A DNA stretch of 27,814 nucleotides, taken from a virus (lineage: Duplodnaviria > Caudoviricetes). Positions within the stretch are counted from its first letter, which is position 1. The number at the start of each line of letters is the position of its first letter. The notes below the pieces were generated by a model that had not been told where the DNA came from, ran no database searches, and saw only the letters and a program-made list of their open reading frames with translations. The position numbers and the translations under genes are program-made. Of this stretch, positions 18,601 to 25,217 are shown piece after piece. The stretch is taken from positions 1-27,814 of the IMG/VR virus record IMGVR_UViG_3300025103_000121, one strand, 5' to 3'.

Positions 18601-21486
18601 AATCTAAATGGTTTCTTTAGAGGATTATTTAAGAAAGATATAAATCAAGCTACTAAAGTAGACCTACAACAACTTGACGCCGTCTTTAAAGAGATGAGAG
18701 ATGGTACTTGGTGGCGTAATACTGTAGAATGGCTGACTGGTAAGGATAAGAATCCTGAGATAAAGAAAGCATACTACTGGATGTTCCCTAAAGCTATTGA
18801 TAGAGACTTAATGCGTAACCCTGCTATGATGGAATGGTTAGAGGATGTAGGACCCTTTAAAGATAAGATAGGTAATACTATTGAAAACGCTAGGACAATT
18901 AGACCTACATCAGTTATAGGAGAAATACAACAGTTATCTGCTAGAACTCAAGAGTTATCTATGCAGAAGTTTGAAGAAGAGACTGAATTGTTTAGAGAAG
19001 AGCTTAGACCTTATATTAACGCTGTTGAAGATGGTGACATCTTATTTAAAATAGCAGTTGCTGATAGGGAATTAGGCTATATGAAGGCTAAGTTAAGAAA
19101 AGAATATAAAGCTGATAGTCATAACCTTACAGCTAAGGAGATGGAGTATCAAAATAATTGGAATGAGACTAGAAAAGATTTCGATATGATAAAATATAAA
19201 ACCTATGTGATACCTACTAAAGATGGCAATGTTCAAATGACTGGTGAAGCTATTATAGGTAAAATAAATAATATCATAACTAAGACCAATATGAAGACTC
19301 ATAAATGGTTAAAAGGGGACCCTGAGAAGATTCAAGAATGGCTAAGTATATCTGAACCTAATGGAAGAATAAGCTGGAGTGGTTTAGATAAACTTAGAAG
19401 GAAATTTCACGAATACATTAAAGCTACTATAAAAGAAAATAAGAGTATTCCTATTGAAGATTTAGGGATAGACGGCTTAAGGCAGATTGTTAAAAGAGTT
19501 GCTCTAAGTCAAACCCCGTATGCACTTAGAAGTAATAGGACTTTAAATGAATCTCGTAAAAGATTAAGGATTGATAAGTTTGATGAGACAGGAGACCTTG
19601 GTGCTGAATACTACTTCCCTCATATGTCTTTTAATAGAAAGAAAGCAAAAAATAAATTAAAGGGTGCCGTTAAACATATAATGGAAAACCCTAATATGAC
19701 TCCTGAGCAAAAAGAAAAAGATATTCGTAAGGTTAATCATCAGTTTAAACAACTTACTGGTGACTTTATGGCTAAAGATGATATGGGTGAGAATTTTAAC
19801 CTTATGCAGGATGTGATGCGAGAGATGGCTTTAGGTAAGAAACAGAAAGCTCATAATATTTTAACTAATGATTTAAAAAGAGTTGGTAATCAATTTAGTA
19901 GAGACGCACATATAGGTGGATGGGAGATGACTCCTGAAGCATATGAAGCTTATATGAAAAATGCAATTAGCACTTTCTATAAACAAGCAATGCAATTATC
20001 TGCAAGAACTGCTATGTTTAACTTTAATAATACTTTCTTTAAACAGACTGGTGATGGAAAACTAACTAATAACTGGATGGATTTCTTTAGGTTGTATACT
20101 CAAAGTGCTATGGGTTATCCTACTCATATACCCGAAAGAATAGCGGAAGACCCCGCTATGAAGATAAAAGGTACTGCTTATAAGTGGCTTGCTGATTCTA
20201 CTGCAAAGAAAAGAATTGATTTTATAGGTAAAAAACTTGGGGTGGGTCGTAAAGAGCTTGAACGGATGAAGTTAGATGAGGAAACGATTGATGAATTAAG
20301 TGGAGTAGAGTATAAAACCCTTGAACGATGGGGAGCGAGAGAAGCAAAATGGCAGTTAGCATCCTTATTGGCTCACCCTAAGAGTTCTATTGCAAACCTT
20401 TATGGTGGTACTGTACATACTTGGATAAGTGCAGGCTATGATAACATTAAGAAGGCTAGAAACTTTGAATTTCTGAAGACTAATATTAATCCTAAGTGGA
20501 ATAGTATGAAGGATGTTGAGAAATGGATGCAAGAACTTGGTATCATTGAAGAATTTTTAGTTTATGAGGCTGGTCTTAATCCTAAACTTAAAGGTAAAAA
20601 GACTCAAGCCTTTATTAAAGAGGCTTCGCAACGCATAAGAAGAGACCCTAATATGCCTGATGAAGGCTTACTTGCCTTAAGTAAAAAACACGGTCTAACT
20701 GAAAGAGCTTTCCAAGCGGCGGCATCTTTTATGCGTATACCTGAGCGTATTCTTCGTAGAGATTCGTTTATGGCTCATTATATACAGGCAAAACAACAAT
20801 TTGGTGGAGCTATTAAAGATTATAATAGTCCATTCTTAATAAATTATGCTAAAAAGGGTGTAAAAGGAACTCAGTTCTTATATAGTGCACCTTTTCGTCC
20901 TTTATGGACCAACAGCACTCTGGGTAGGGTTATGTCTCGTTTCCAATTATGGAGTTGGAATAGTGTTCGCTTTAGAAATGACGTAATAAGGCGAGCAGAA
21001 ATTGCAGGTTATCGTCAGGGTACTCCTGAATTTGAAACCTTTAAACGTCTAGCAATGGCTGATTTGTTTATGTTAGGTTTATCTAATGTATTTGCTTACA
21101 GTTTATTTGAAAACGCACTTCCAGCTCCTTGGAATTGGTTCCAAGATACAGCAGATTGGATGTTTGGAGACGAAAAAGCAAAAGAAAGAGCTTTCTATGG
21201 TTCTGCTATTGGACCACTTCAAGCTGTTACACCACCGGCACTAAGGCTATTACCACCTATGTTTAAGTGGATGGTCAGTGGAGACGGAGAACAGCTCGCT
21301 GATTACTACCTTTGGACAATCCCTCCGTTCGGTAGATTAGCACGGGATATAGTAGGTCCCGGTGGAGCCATAGAAAATCCTTATTATGCTATTACAAAAT
21401 TTACTGGATTACCAGTAATGCAAATGGCTTCAGCAATAACTAGTGAGAAAAAAGGAAGAACTCGAGGTAAGTTTATATATGGATAA
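12685..21486 (+). CDS. Giant virion protein containing a single-chain two-barrel (DxDGD) RNA polymerase
   Basis: 2933 aa; ordered motifs TDG (aa 839-841), SAVK (909-912), RVP (1220-1222), GGADLDGDK (DLDGD aa 1259-1263, nt 16459-16473); TTG start with TAAGGAGG; lies in the ejection-protein block. Confidence 0.85.
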   Translation: MAEPQQWSPKMEEDQIRGVIDQYNKQPQLFDGRDDDLESLEEHAHYYRIPFTRTKEHQDNYVMSILKNAGQGWAEGFSTLPLAGKAEPKDTWQAIANNLGHLAGFVGYLPGGRALKSLGVLKSYTKLTDGLRGVSVPMAVASKAQGVVGKAIRPILKDLPEWATSGIVGDMAQGAFHLGTASAVSSWTHGIDEIFHSAGFGAVAGSAFRGIGNMKGFGQRINMNQMKPNGSPDFSKISDGQKADLALRTMAGAAFQGLPSTLQGATTEEQVYAYAMGSFFGFKEVPYQTRTAREFLAESFKEKYGPDPEMNPKWDSLTSEMKEIVKMDFQETFQYSAEGPSETSHLLFDLLSHPDRKMDLDAIEKIAREYGESYEVDPVTGEINAKALSKKELDEYKEDFIKEGRADNPEDLDMHIQAIADIPGRLVGKNGYVEQVFPELSTVERIDIADAIFKKWKGLQNEDSKPIPGAEQKIISFIEENYGRKLTDNEQGWWRRWAETNRKKQWVEQVEIKDEEVGILNSKTNSAGNKKDLSQEPLIIQSLHDAEYKRLNGQDPDPQDHFFRVLDHVIFRGKEHDLKRAEQNIARQEMVRIQNSKERDLYDYDTLRDHVEGYAKNHMENVMKKLHEKMWEDGYYYFGGKGDAKKMFFVKIHPGLKKPPKYDPVTNKPLPQEFKRGIVKKVLRKIRKVLRDNGTENVRRAYREGRDEWKKMYPGIENANEMYDRMFVSNALYDLTNNGYSTKIKDLDAGLKDVLGPGFINDPKAFNKRAQIWFNSGLSANPTEIFKHMRKVLGNDNDFMGSDFRVGIFYDADGRQSIKYFDQKKLTTESEALKYTEITDGAIVARSEVVDALNLDKGLPTDGGMNKSFIVSPDAVNGALLGKYAIHKASPELEAYMRENKIHMLMPESAVKQSGKRKDSAGDLQSHIDYDTGEVSISFDGTPFRLPAAHFRTVMSEITTKKMLKPSQLPKQMYSVLSSYGFKGIEAEAMKDMYQTLSEKAIKGTPEGREKLEEYMRKRDTKSIEDVVENLEEIPINKLFELIRDPEHPKLSQKLYEKILKVNHEYVEALAEEGEVSRDELEMYKEKVADYESVIERLSKVFPDGSVGAYMHKFSRDYRMQAMRNYVVQKLTRPRIDNSASARMRPYEVGFHNHPEMAKLNTKEGQDMFFLDEGFRELVIKDDMFRGGRIKLGELWETREEYTGVLKDKIDQILHGLVMRVPMDSISGAHSLKFQGFTGVDGLGALLHPRTMKALGGADLDGDKATIFFGGESHGFKQKWREMYHGAKDEYVDPVTKAEKHNKEAIDPKTKQSYRDDLAIRDEDTLEKSYHPTAQYSPYWREFMSRGAYGGRDMLGVAVTRRMAVLGAYDAIRSFDIDGKQGYETQDIVIKGSGNVDLQKDGEIWVEQVILSKDKYSVPYYDNKDGVLRRLEFEIRKGDVDLQRFRELSRAAIALGSDPMDEVGLKGDLFETKIFDTLFKTSVYETNEKGVATERNERLSRYINEEDSKIGYLKKKGLHGQFLEANSLLYGKNHRDNRRWSYAEIQAGIHKLNWLPERTRNTFLPQLAESMKEINWSDNIFRHINEGVLNKIYFDHNEVVKGADWLKNIMGRESMATQKGRFIQGILDKKLYDEAQLKKLAMDEEGFIKFITSEFTRKDGSKGKAMGQIPWEFKPLNASDYYTRRAYLEHLLLKGEDFLVNDLSDMASLKSITDVIKKNKIGDERIDYIHKKSDEIKSQGVHLAKQRRALDDALTEHYEGREGLKESEELRKSFGLDDKSTQISDQIQTDKAIRDFKVELSEGERDLFDMLFMGTYQRADRERMKAIEAYKKVRPEVVREHNYLFKSMKNTSLVRAGLTSKEISDKNLKIFFTNYDHIMKKAKVNLSKEQEELLMREATEKEPVKSFFDEHGNKIKGEFVDANLINDKERQYLDEVGPFTGLYKGEIKDPELLRLYDSLTEHLSHYHNLDTVNLNGFFRGLFKKDINQATKVDLQQLDAVFKEMRDGTWWRNTVEWLTGKDKNPEIKKAYYWMFPKAIDRDLMRNPAMMEWLEDVGPFKDKIGNTIENARTIRPTSVIGEIQQLSARTQELSMQKFEEETELFREELRPYINAVEDGDILFKIAVADRELGYMKAKLRKEYKADSHNLTAKEMEYQNNWNETRKDFDMIKYKTYVIPTKDGNVQMTGEAIIGKINNIITKTNMKTHKWLKGDPEKIQEWLSISEPNGRISWSGLDKLRRKFHEYIKATIKENKSIPIEDLGIDGLRQIVKRVALSQTPYALRSNRTLNESRKRLRIDKFDETGDLGAEYYFPHMSFNRKKAKNKLKGAVKHIMENPNMTPEQKEKDIRKVNHQFKQLTGDFMAKDDMGENFNLMQDVMREMALGKKQKAHNILTNDLKRVGNQFSRDAHIGGWEMTPEAYEAYMKNAISTFYKQAMQLSARTAMFNFNNTFFKQTGDGKLTNNWMDFFRLYTQSAMGYPTHIPERIAEDPAMKIKGTAYKWLADSTAKKRIDFIGKKLGVGRKELERMKLDEETIDELSGVEYKTLERWGAREAKWQLASLLAHPKSSIANLYGGTVHTWISAGYDNIKKARNFEFLKTNINPKWNSMKDVEKWMQELGIIEEFLVYEAGLNPKLKGKKTQAFIKEASQRIRRDPNMPDEGLLALSKKHGLTERAFQAAASFMRIPERILRRDSFMAHYIQAKQQFGGAIKDYNSPFLINYAKKGVKGTQFLYSAPFRPLWTNSTLGRVMSRFQLWSWNSVRFRNDVIRRAEIAGYRQGTPEFETFKRLAMADLFMLGLSNVFAYSLFENALPAPWNWFQDTADWMFGDEKAKERAFYGSAIGPLQAVTPPALRLLPPMFKWMVSGDGEQLADYYLWTIPPFGRLARDIVGPGGAIENPYYAITKFTGLPVMQMASAITSEKKGRTRGKFIYG

Positions 21487-21519
21487 TGTGCGAATTTTAA
21501 TACATTTGGAGGATAAATA

Positions 21520-21699
21520 ATGCCAATGCCTTTTCATTGTCAGTTATGTGACAAACCTGTACAACAAGCTTTAAGTGCTATTTGTGATGATTGTAGAGCA
21601 GATGAAGAAGAACGTAAGAAGAGAGAGAAGAATATGGTCTCTTCAAATAGCATAGGAGAAAAAGATGGTAAACCCGAAGACGTTAATCACCGCCGCTAG
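21520..21699 (+). CDS. Small zinc-finger protein (59 aa, absent from ORF track)
   Basis: MPMPFHCQLCDKPVQQALSAICDDCRADEEERKKRE...; CxxC-x11-CxxC; SD GGAGGA at 21508-21513. Confidence 0.75.
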   Translation: MPMPFHCQLCDKPVQQALSAICDDCRADEEERKKREKNMVSSNSIGEKDGKPEDVNHRR

Positions 21700-23320
21700 A
21701 AAGCTTTCAAATAACTCTAAGTCCTTTCTCCCTGATGTAAAGAAGGGCTATAATAAACACATTAAGACTGTAGCTAATGATGTTAGGCGGGATGTTTATG
21801 CTAAGAGCAAGGCTACTATGCAGGATGTCAGTGACTCCTTATTATCTAAAAACGGTTTAGCAACTACTGGTTTAGTAGGTAGTACTGGACTATTAGTAGC
21901 TGATAAAAAAGAATTAATAGACCTTGACTCTGACGGCGTTAAAACAGGTGCCGCTATTATAGGTACTATAAGTGGAGCTCTTCTTGCCGCAGGCTTAGGT
22001 GCTAGAGGTATGAAGACTGTAGTACAAAAGATTAGTAGAGGTAAAGCCTCTAAGGGAGACCTTAGAGGAGCAGGGGTTGGTTTGTGGAGGAATAACTTAC
22101 AACCTGATGCTTATCACGATGTTGCCATACCTTTTTATGGTGGAGGTCCCGCTACACAACTTATGTCTGTAGTAACAGAAATGGCTATGGCGTCTGGACG
22201 TGCTGGTAGGAGATTCTTTAATCCTAAAGAAAGTTATGCTAGTAAAATATCTGGATTACCACAGCATATGGCAAATGATATTACTACATATGAGAAAGCT
22301 GTTAAATCAGCTCAACAAAAGATTGCTGATATAGACCCCAATCTTTATATGGGAAAGGGTGCGGCTAAAGAAGCAGAATATTATAAAGCAATAAAAAATA
22401 TTACTAGACCAGTTACTCAAGCAGAGAAACCTTTACACGCTAAAATGATTAATGATTACATAAACCCCGCTATTTTTAGAGAAAAGCCTAGGCAAGCCCT
22501 AAGTAAATATGCAGAAAGGTTCGTAAAAGAGGTTAATTATAGAGATTTACAGAAAACACACAGAGCTACTATAGGTCCTAAAGCATTAGATAATTTAATT
22601 AAAGCACAAGGTTTGAAACCCGGAGCGGGTAACAAGTACTTTGAATTAACTGGTGCTGGTATGCGTATGGGTGGAGATGTATTAAGAGGTATACAATTTG
22701 ACGCTAGAGCTTATAACCTTTTTAAAAGAGCTCAAAATGCTGGTATGAGTAGGGCTGAATTTATTAAAGGTGCAAAAGAAGCCTTTGGTGATAATGCTGT
22801 GATTCCCCTTACTAATAATAAAGTGCAAATACTATTATCCCCTGCAAGAAAACCCAATATAGACTGGGGTGGTTATGCGGGAACTATAGTATGGGATAAA
22901 ACAAAGCCCGGTAAAGTGGCTTTTATGGCAGATGACTTAAGAGATTTGTTTGGAGTTAAATTAGGTGCTAATGTATTAAACACTTCTCAATCTAAGGTGA
23001 TTAAGATACCAGAGATACTTGAATCTGTTAAAGATAGAGTATTGAAGACTGGTAAGGGTGTTGCATCTGGAAATAAAAAAGAAATGGATGAGCTTGTAGG
23101 TGCTCTTAAAGAAAGTAAGAAAGCTTCAACCTTTGATGTTACTTTTATGACTAAAGGAGATTATAATAATTTATTAGCCATAAAAGATAAACACGTTAAA
23201 GCTTATGGAGATAAAATCCCACTTGAGGATAAGATTGAATTTACTGCTACTAGACTTGGAGCTATAGGTGCTAGTGGCGGCACTGTGGCAGGAGCCTACG
23301 CTTTGGCAACTGACGATTAG
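21665..23320 (+). CDS. Basic hypothetical protein, probable internal virion protein
   Basis: 551 aa, Lys-rich, with Gly/Ala hydrophobic segments near both ends; SD AGGAG upstream; last gene of the + strand arm. Confidence 0.7.
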   Translation: MVNPKTLITAARKLSNNSKSFLPDVKKGYNKHIKTVANDVRRDVYAKSKATMQDVSDSLLSKNGLATTGLVGSTGLLVADKKELIDLDSDGVKTGAAIIGTISGALLAAGLGARGMKTVVQKISRGKASKGDLRGAGVGLWRNNLQPDAYHDVAIPFYGGGPATQLMSVVTEMAMASGRAGRRFFNPKESYASKISGLPQHMANDITTYEKAVKSAQQKIADIDPNLYMGKGAAKEAEYYKAIKNITRPVTQAEKPLHAKMINDYINPAIFREKPRQALSKYAERFVKEVNYRDLQKTHRATIGPKALDNLIKAQGLKPGAGNKYFELTGAGMRMGGDVLRGIQFDARAYNLFKRAQNAGMSRAEFIKGAKEAFGDNAVIPLTNNKVQILLSPARKPNIDWGGYAGTIVWDKTKPGKVAFMADDLRDLFGVKLGANVLNTSQSKVIKIPEILESVKDRVLKTGKGVASGNKKEMDELVGALKESKKASTFDVTFMTKGDYNNLLAIKDKHVKAYGDKIPLEDKIEFTATRLGAIGASGGTVAGAYALATDD

Positions 23321-23370
23321 TCGCTTCCTGTCGTTACTCGTATTTTAATTTGTTACCTTGGACAGTAATT

Positions 23371-23399
23371 GGGGAGCTTGATTGCTCCCCTTTTACTTT
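23371..23399 (+). terminator. Intrinsic terminator at the convergence of the two arms
   Basis: GGGGAGC-TTGATT-GCTCCCC followed by TTTTACTTT. Confidence 0.85.
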
Positions 23400-23400
23400 A

Positions 23401-23589
23401 TTAGTTGTTTAGTCTTCCCATTGCTATCCAGAATAACTCTGGAGTAAGACGCTTTAAATTGCTTTCTCTACTCCTTGTAGCCATTCTCCCGACATATTGA
23501 GCGAGTTCATATTGTATCTGGTCCATTGTACCAGCACCTAGTTGAACTCCTTGCTCTTTAAACAACTCCTTTATTTGTGATTTCGTCAT
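23401..23589 (-). CDS. Small histone-fold-like protein (62 aa)
   Basis: SD AAGGAGG; short helix SQIKELFKEQG, long central helix, KRLTPELF L2-loop/alpha3-like end; resembles bacterial histones by eye. Confidence 0.65.
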   Translation of the reverse strand: MTKSQIKELFKEQGVQLGAGTMDQIQYELAQYVGRMATRSRESNLKRLTPELFWIAMGRLNN

Positions 23590-23612
23590 AAGTCCTCCTT
23601 GTTGTTATTAAA

Positions 23613-23676
23613 GACAGGAGCAGTCAAACCTAGTAGGTAAGGAAAGGACCCTTCTACATCAAAGACTGCTCCCATC
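23613..23676 (-). ncRNA. Stem-loop with pyrimidine-rich loop
   Basis: 13-bp stem GAUGGGAGCAGUC/GACUGCUCCUGUC with two G-U pairs that form only on the - strand; inner GUAG/CUAC helix around UCCUUUCCUU. Confidence 0.55.
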
Positions 23677-23690
23677 AGATTTAAATTTGT

Positions 23691-23729
23691 GGCAGGGGGG
23701 AAAGGTTTGGGAGGATATTACCCCCTGCC
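23691..23729. ncRNA. GC-rich hairpin with anti-SD (- strand) or SD-like (+ strand) loop
   Basis: GGCAGGGGG/CCCCCTGCC perfect 9-bp stem; the 21-nt loop reads UAAUAUCCUCCCAAACCUUUC on the - strand. Confidence 0.55.
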
Positions 23730-23759
23730 GTATGACCTACACAGTCATTAATCGAAAAA

Positions 23760-23932
23760 TAGTGAATGACCCGGTGTCCCCCGCAAACTTGAGCTAACAC
23801 GGTCTGTTTCTCATCGTTACGATATTAGCCGTAATCAATTTCAACGTCCTAACATCTTGCGTTCACTGTCCCTTGGGCGAAGCCCTTTGCAACAGGTCTG
23901 TGCCGGTTTTATGCACATCTTTGCATTCACTA
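23760..23932 (-). ncRNA. Candidate multi-helix, pseudoknotted ncRNA (~173 nt), family unrecognised
   Basis: Closing stem UAGUGAAUG/CAUUCACUA, several internal helices, an 8-bp loop-to-strand pairing, no ORF in the track, GC-richer than the flanking genes. Confidence 0.6.
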
Positions 23933-23944
23933 AGGTCTAATTCT

Positions 23945-24077
23945 TTGTGGTCTCATAGTTAGCCAACCATTCATTTGCCATCCTAATTTCTTTTGTTCAT
24001 AGATTTCTCAAGACCTAAGTCCATCTTTGTCCTCTAATCACTCACTCGAAACTACGAGAGTTAATGTGAGACCACAA
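23945..24077 (-). ncRNA. Candidate ncRNA (~133 nt) closed by an 11-bp stem around a purine-rich interior
   Basis: Perfect inverted repeat TTGTGGTCTCA (23945-23955) / TGAGACCACAA (24067-24077); internal CUCG-UAGUUU-CGAG hairpin. Confidence 0.5.
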
Positions 24078-24079
24078 TT

Positions 24080-24568
24080 CTAATCGCAGTTACTCCCCGG
24101 TATACACTTTGTAGGTGGTACCAATGGGCTGTCGTTTTCATCTCCGGGGTCGTGTGGACCTATGTTGTGGATTTTATTAATAGGATTATCTGTTTGACCT
24201 ATTCTTTTATCCTCTTCGTGTCCCCATTTACTCCCTTCTTTTAATGCTGATATTAAAGAATGTATCTCATTAGCTGTTACTAGTGAGTTTTCTTCATACG
24301 CATTAGTGTGGAGATTGTGTAACCCTTGTATTATGTACTCCATTTCCTGTACTTCTACCTTAAAGGGTTTATTTTGCTTATCTTGTTCCAGCTCTAATAA
24401 ATAAGCAGTTAAATATACTGTGAGGTCTAGTACCTCGTCTATCGCTTCTTCAAGGTTTGTTAAGCCTCTTTCACGCTGTATAGGTACTTCACGTTTATAT
24501 TCTTCCTGTCCTTTATCTAGTCGCTCTTTAATAAGAGTTATTATTTTCTTATTTACGCCGTCCATCAA
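24080..24568 (-). CDS. All-alpha NTP pyrophosphatase (MazG-like) domain protein
   Basis: ERLDKGQEEY...LEEAIDEVLDLTVYL gives the acidic ExxD helix pattern; SD AGGAGG; ATGA overlap with the HNH gene. Confidence 0.5.
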   Translation of the reverse strand: MMDGVNKKIITLIKERLDKGQEEYKREVPIQRERGLTNLEEAIDEVLDLTVYLTAYLLELEQDKQNKPFKVEVQEMEYIIQGLHNLHTNAYEENSLVTANEIHSLISALKEGSKWGHEEDKRIGQTDNPINKIHNIGPHDPGDENDSPLVPPTKCIPGSNCD

Positions 24569-25056
24569 TAGCGTCCTCCTTTTGCTAGTTTCTTCATTAC
24601 ATAGGCACTTAACTCTTCAGGTAAGTCTCCTACAAGTTGTATTAATAATTGAAAATCTTCCTCATTCAATGGACCTTTACGGGTATTGCAGGTCTTGCAG
24701 ATGAGTTGCAGGTTTTTAGTGGTAGATGGTCCACCCTTGGAAAGTGGTATAATATGGTCACAAGCAATAGTTCTAAATGTCAACTGCTTATTACAATATA
24801 TACACCCCTTTCCATAGGTGACATAGAACAATGTTCTTATCTCCCCAGAAGTTATGTCGAATTTGACTCCGTATTGTTCACTACGCCGCTTGAGAGAACT
24901 CTTAAGAGAACTCATTTTTGAGGCTAGTTTCTTGTATGCCTTTTGCCAATACGTTTTATGTATCGGTTCAAGGACCTTTTCAAACTCCTTCTTAGATGGG
25001 GGAGGTAATGTGGCGTCTCTTAGCATGAGGTAACTTAATCCATTTTCTATACGCAA
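24565..25056 (-). CDS. HNH endonuclease
   Basis: CIYC...CDHIIPLSKGG...NLQLICKTCNTRKG canonical motif; start may be ATG 25026. Confidence 0.92.
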   Translation of the reverse strand: MRIENGLSYLMLRDATLPPPSKKEFEKVLEPIHKTYWQKAYKKLASKMSSLKSSLKRRSEQYGVKFDITSGEIRTLFYVTYGKGCIYCNKQLTFRTIACDHIIPLSKGGPSTTKNLQLICKTCNTRKGPLNEEDFQLLIQLVGDLPEELSAYVMKKLAKGGRY

Positions 25057-25195
25057 ATAATCTGCGTTGTAGTTTTTCTAATCTCCGGGCTCCAGCACCA
25101 TTTTTCTTAATGCGACCCTCTTCTATTAACCTTTTGTACAAATCTATTGTACCTGTAAGGCTTATTGTACTGTCTGGGTTATTCTTTTTTACCAT
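24992..25195 (-). CDS. Small basic hypothetical protein
   Basis: 67 aa, K/R-rich; AGGGG SD-like site upstream; same orientation as neighbours. Confidence 0.65.
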   Translation of the reverse strand: MVKKNNPDSTISLTGTIDLYKRLIEEGRIKKNGAGARRLEKLQRRLFAYRKWIKLPHAKRRHITSPI

Positions 25196-25217
25196 TTCTA
25201 CCCCTATAGAAATTAAT

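Noticed and set aside
2411-19302. Short antisense or alternate-frame ORFs (2411-2731, 2433-2849, 2947-3150, 7190-7393, 7221-7424, 10543-10725, 11889-12164, 12509-12762, 13740-13931, 14066-14338, 14592-14873, 16660-16842, 16944-17144, 19093-19302)
   Set aside because: They lie over well-supported genes, lack recognisable motifs and look like shadow frames.
12685-21486. N4-like (T7-superfamily) virion RNAP or an intein in the giant protein
   Set aside because: I saw no T7-type DxxSG or RxxxKxxxxxxxYG motifs and no intein splice or LAGLIDADG motifs; the motifs present are two-barrel type.
23600-24079. tRNA, tmRNA, RNase P or Y RNA identity for the structured island
   Set aside because: No cloverleaf with GTTCRA T-arm and CCA end, no GAGGAAAGUCC, no tRNA-like domain around the ANEW.. 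frame, and the UGGUC stem lacks the bulged C of Y RNAs.
24565-25056. HNH gene as part of a group I intron or an IscB/HEARO-type RNA-guided system with the nearby RNAs
   Set aside because: No interrupted host gene, no RuvC or PLMP motifs, and another gene separates it from the RNA island; not fully excluded without homologue synteny.
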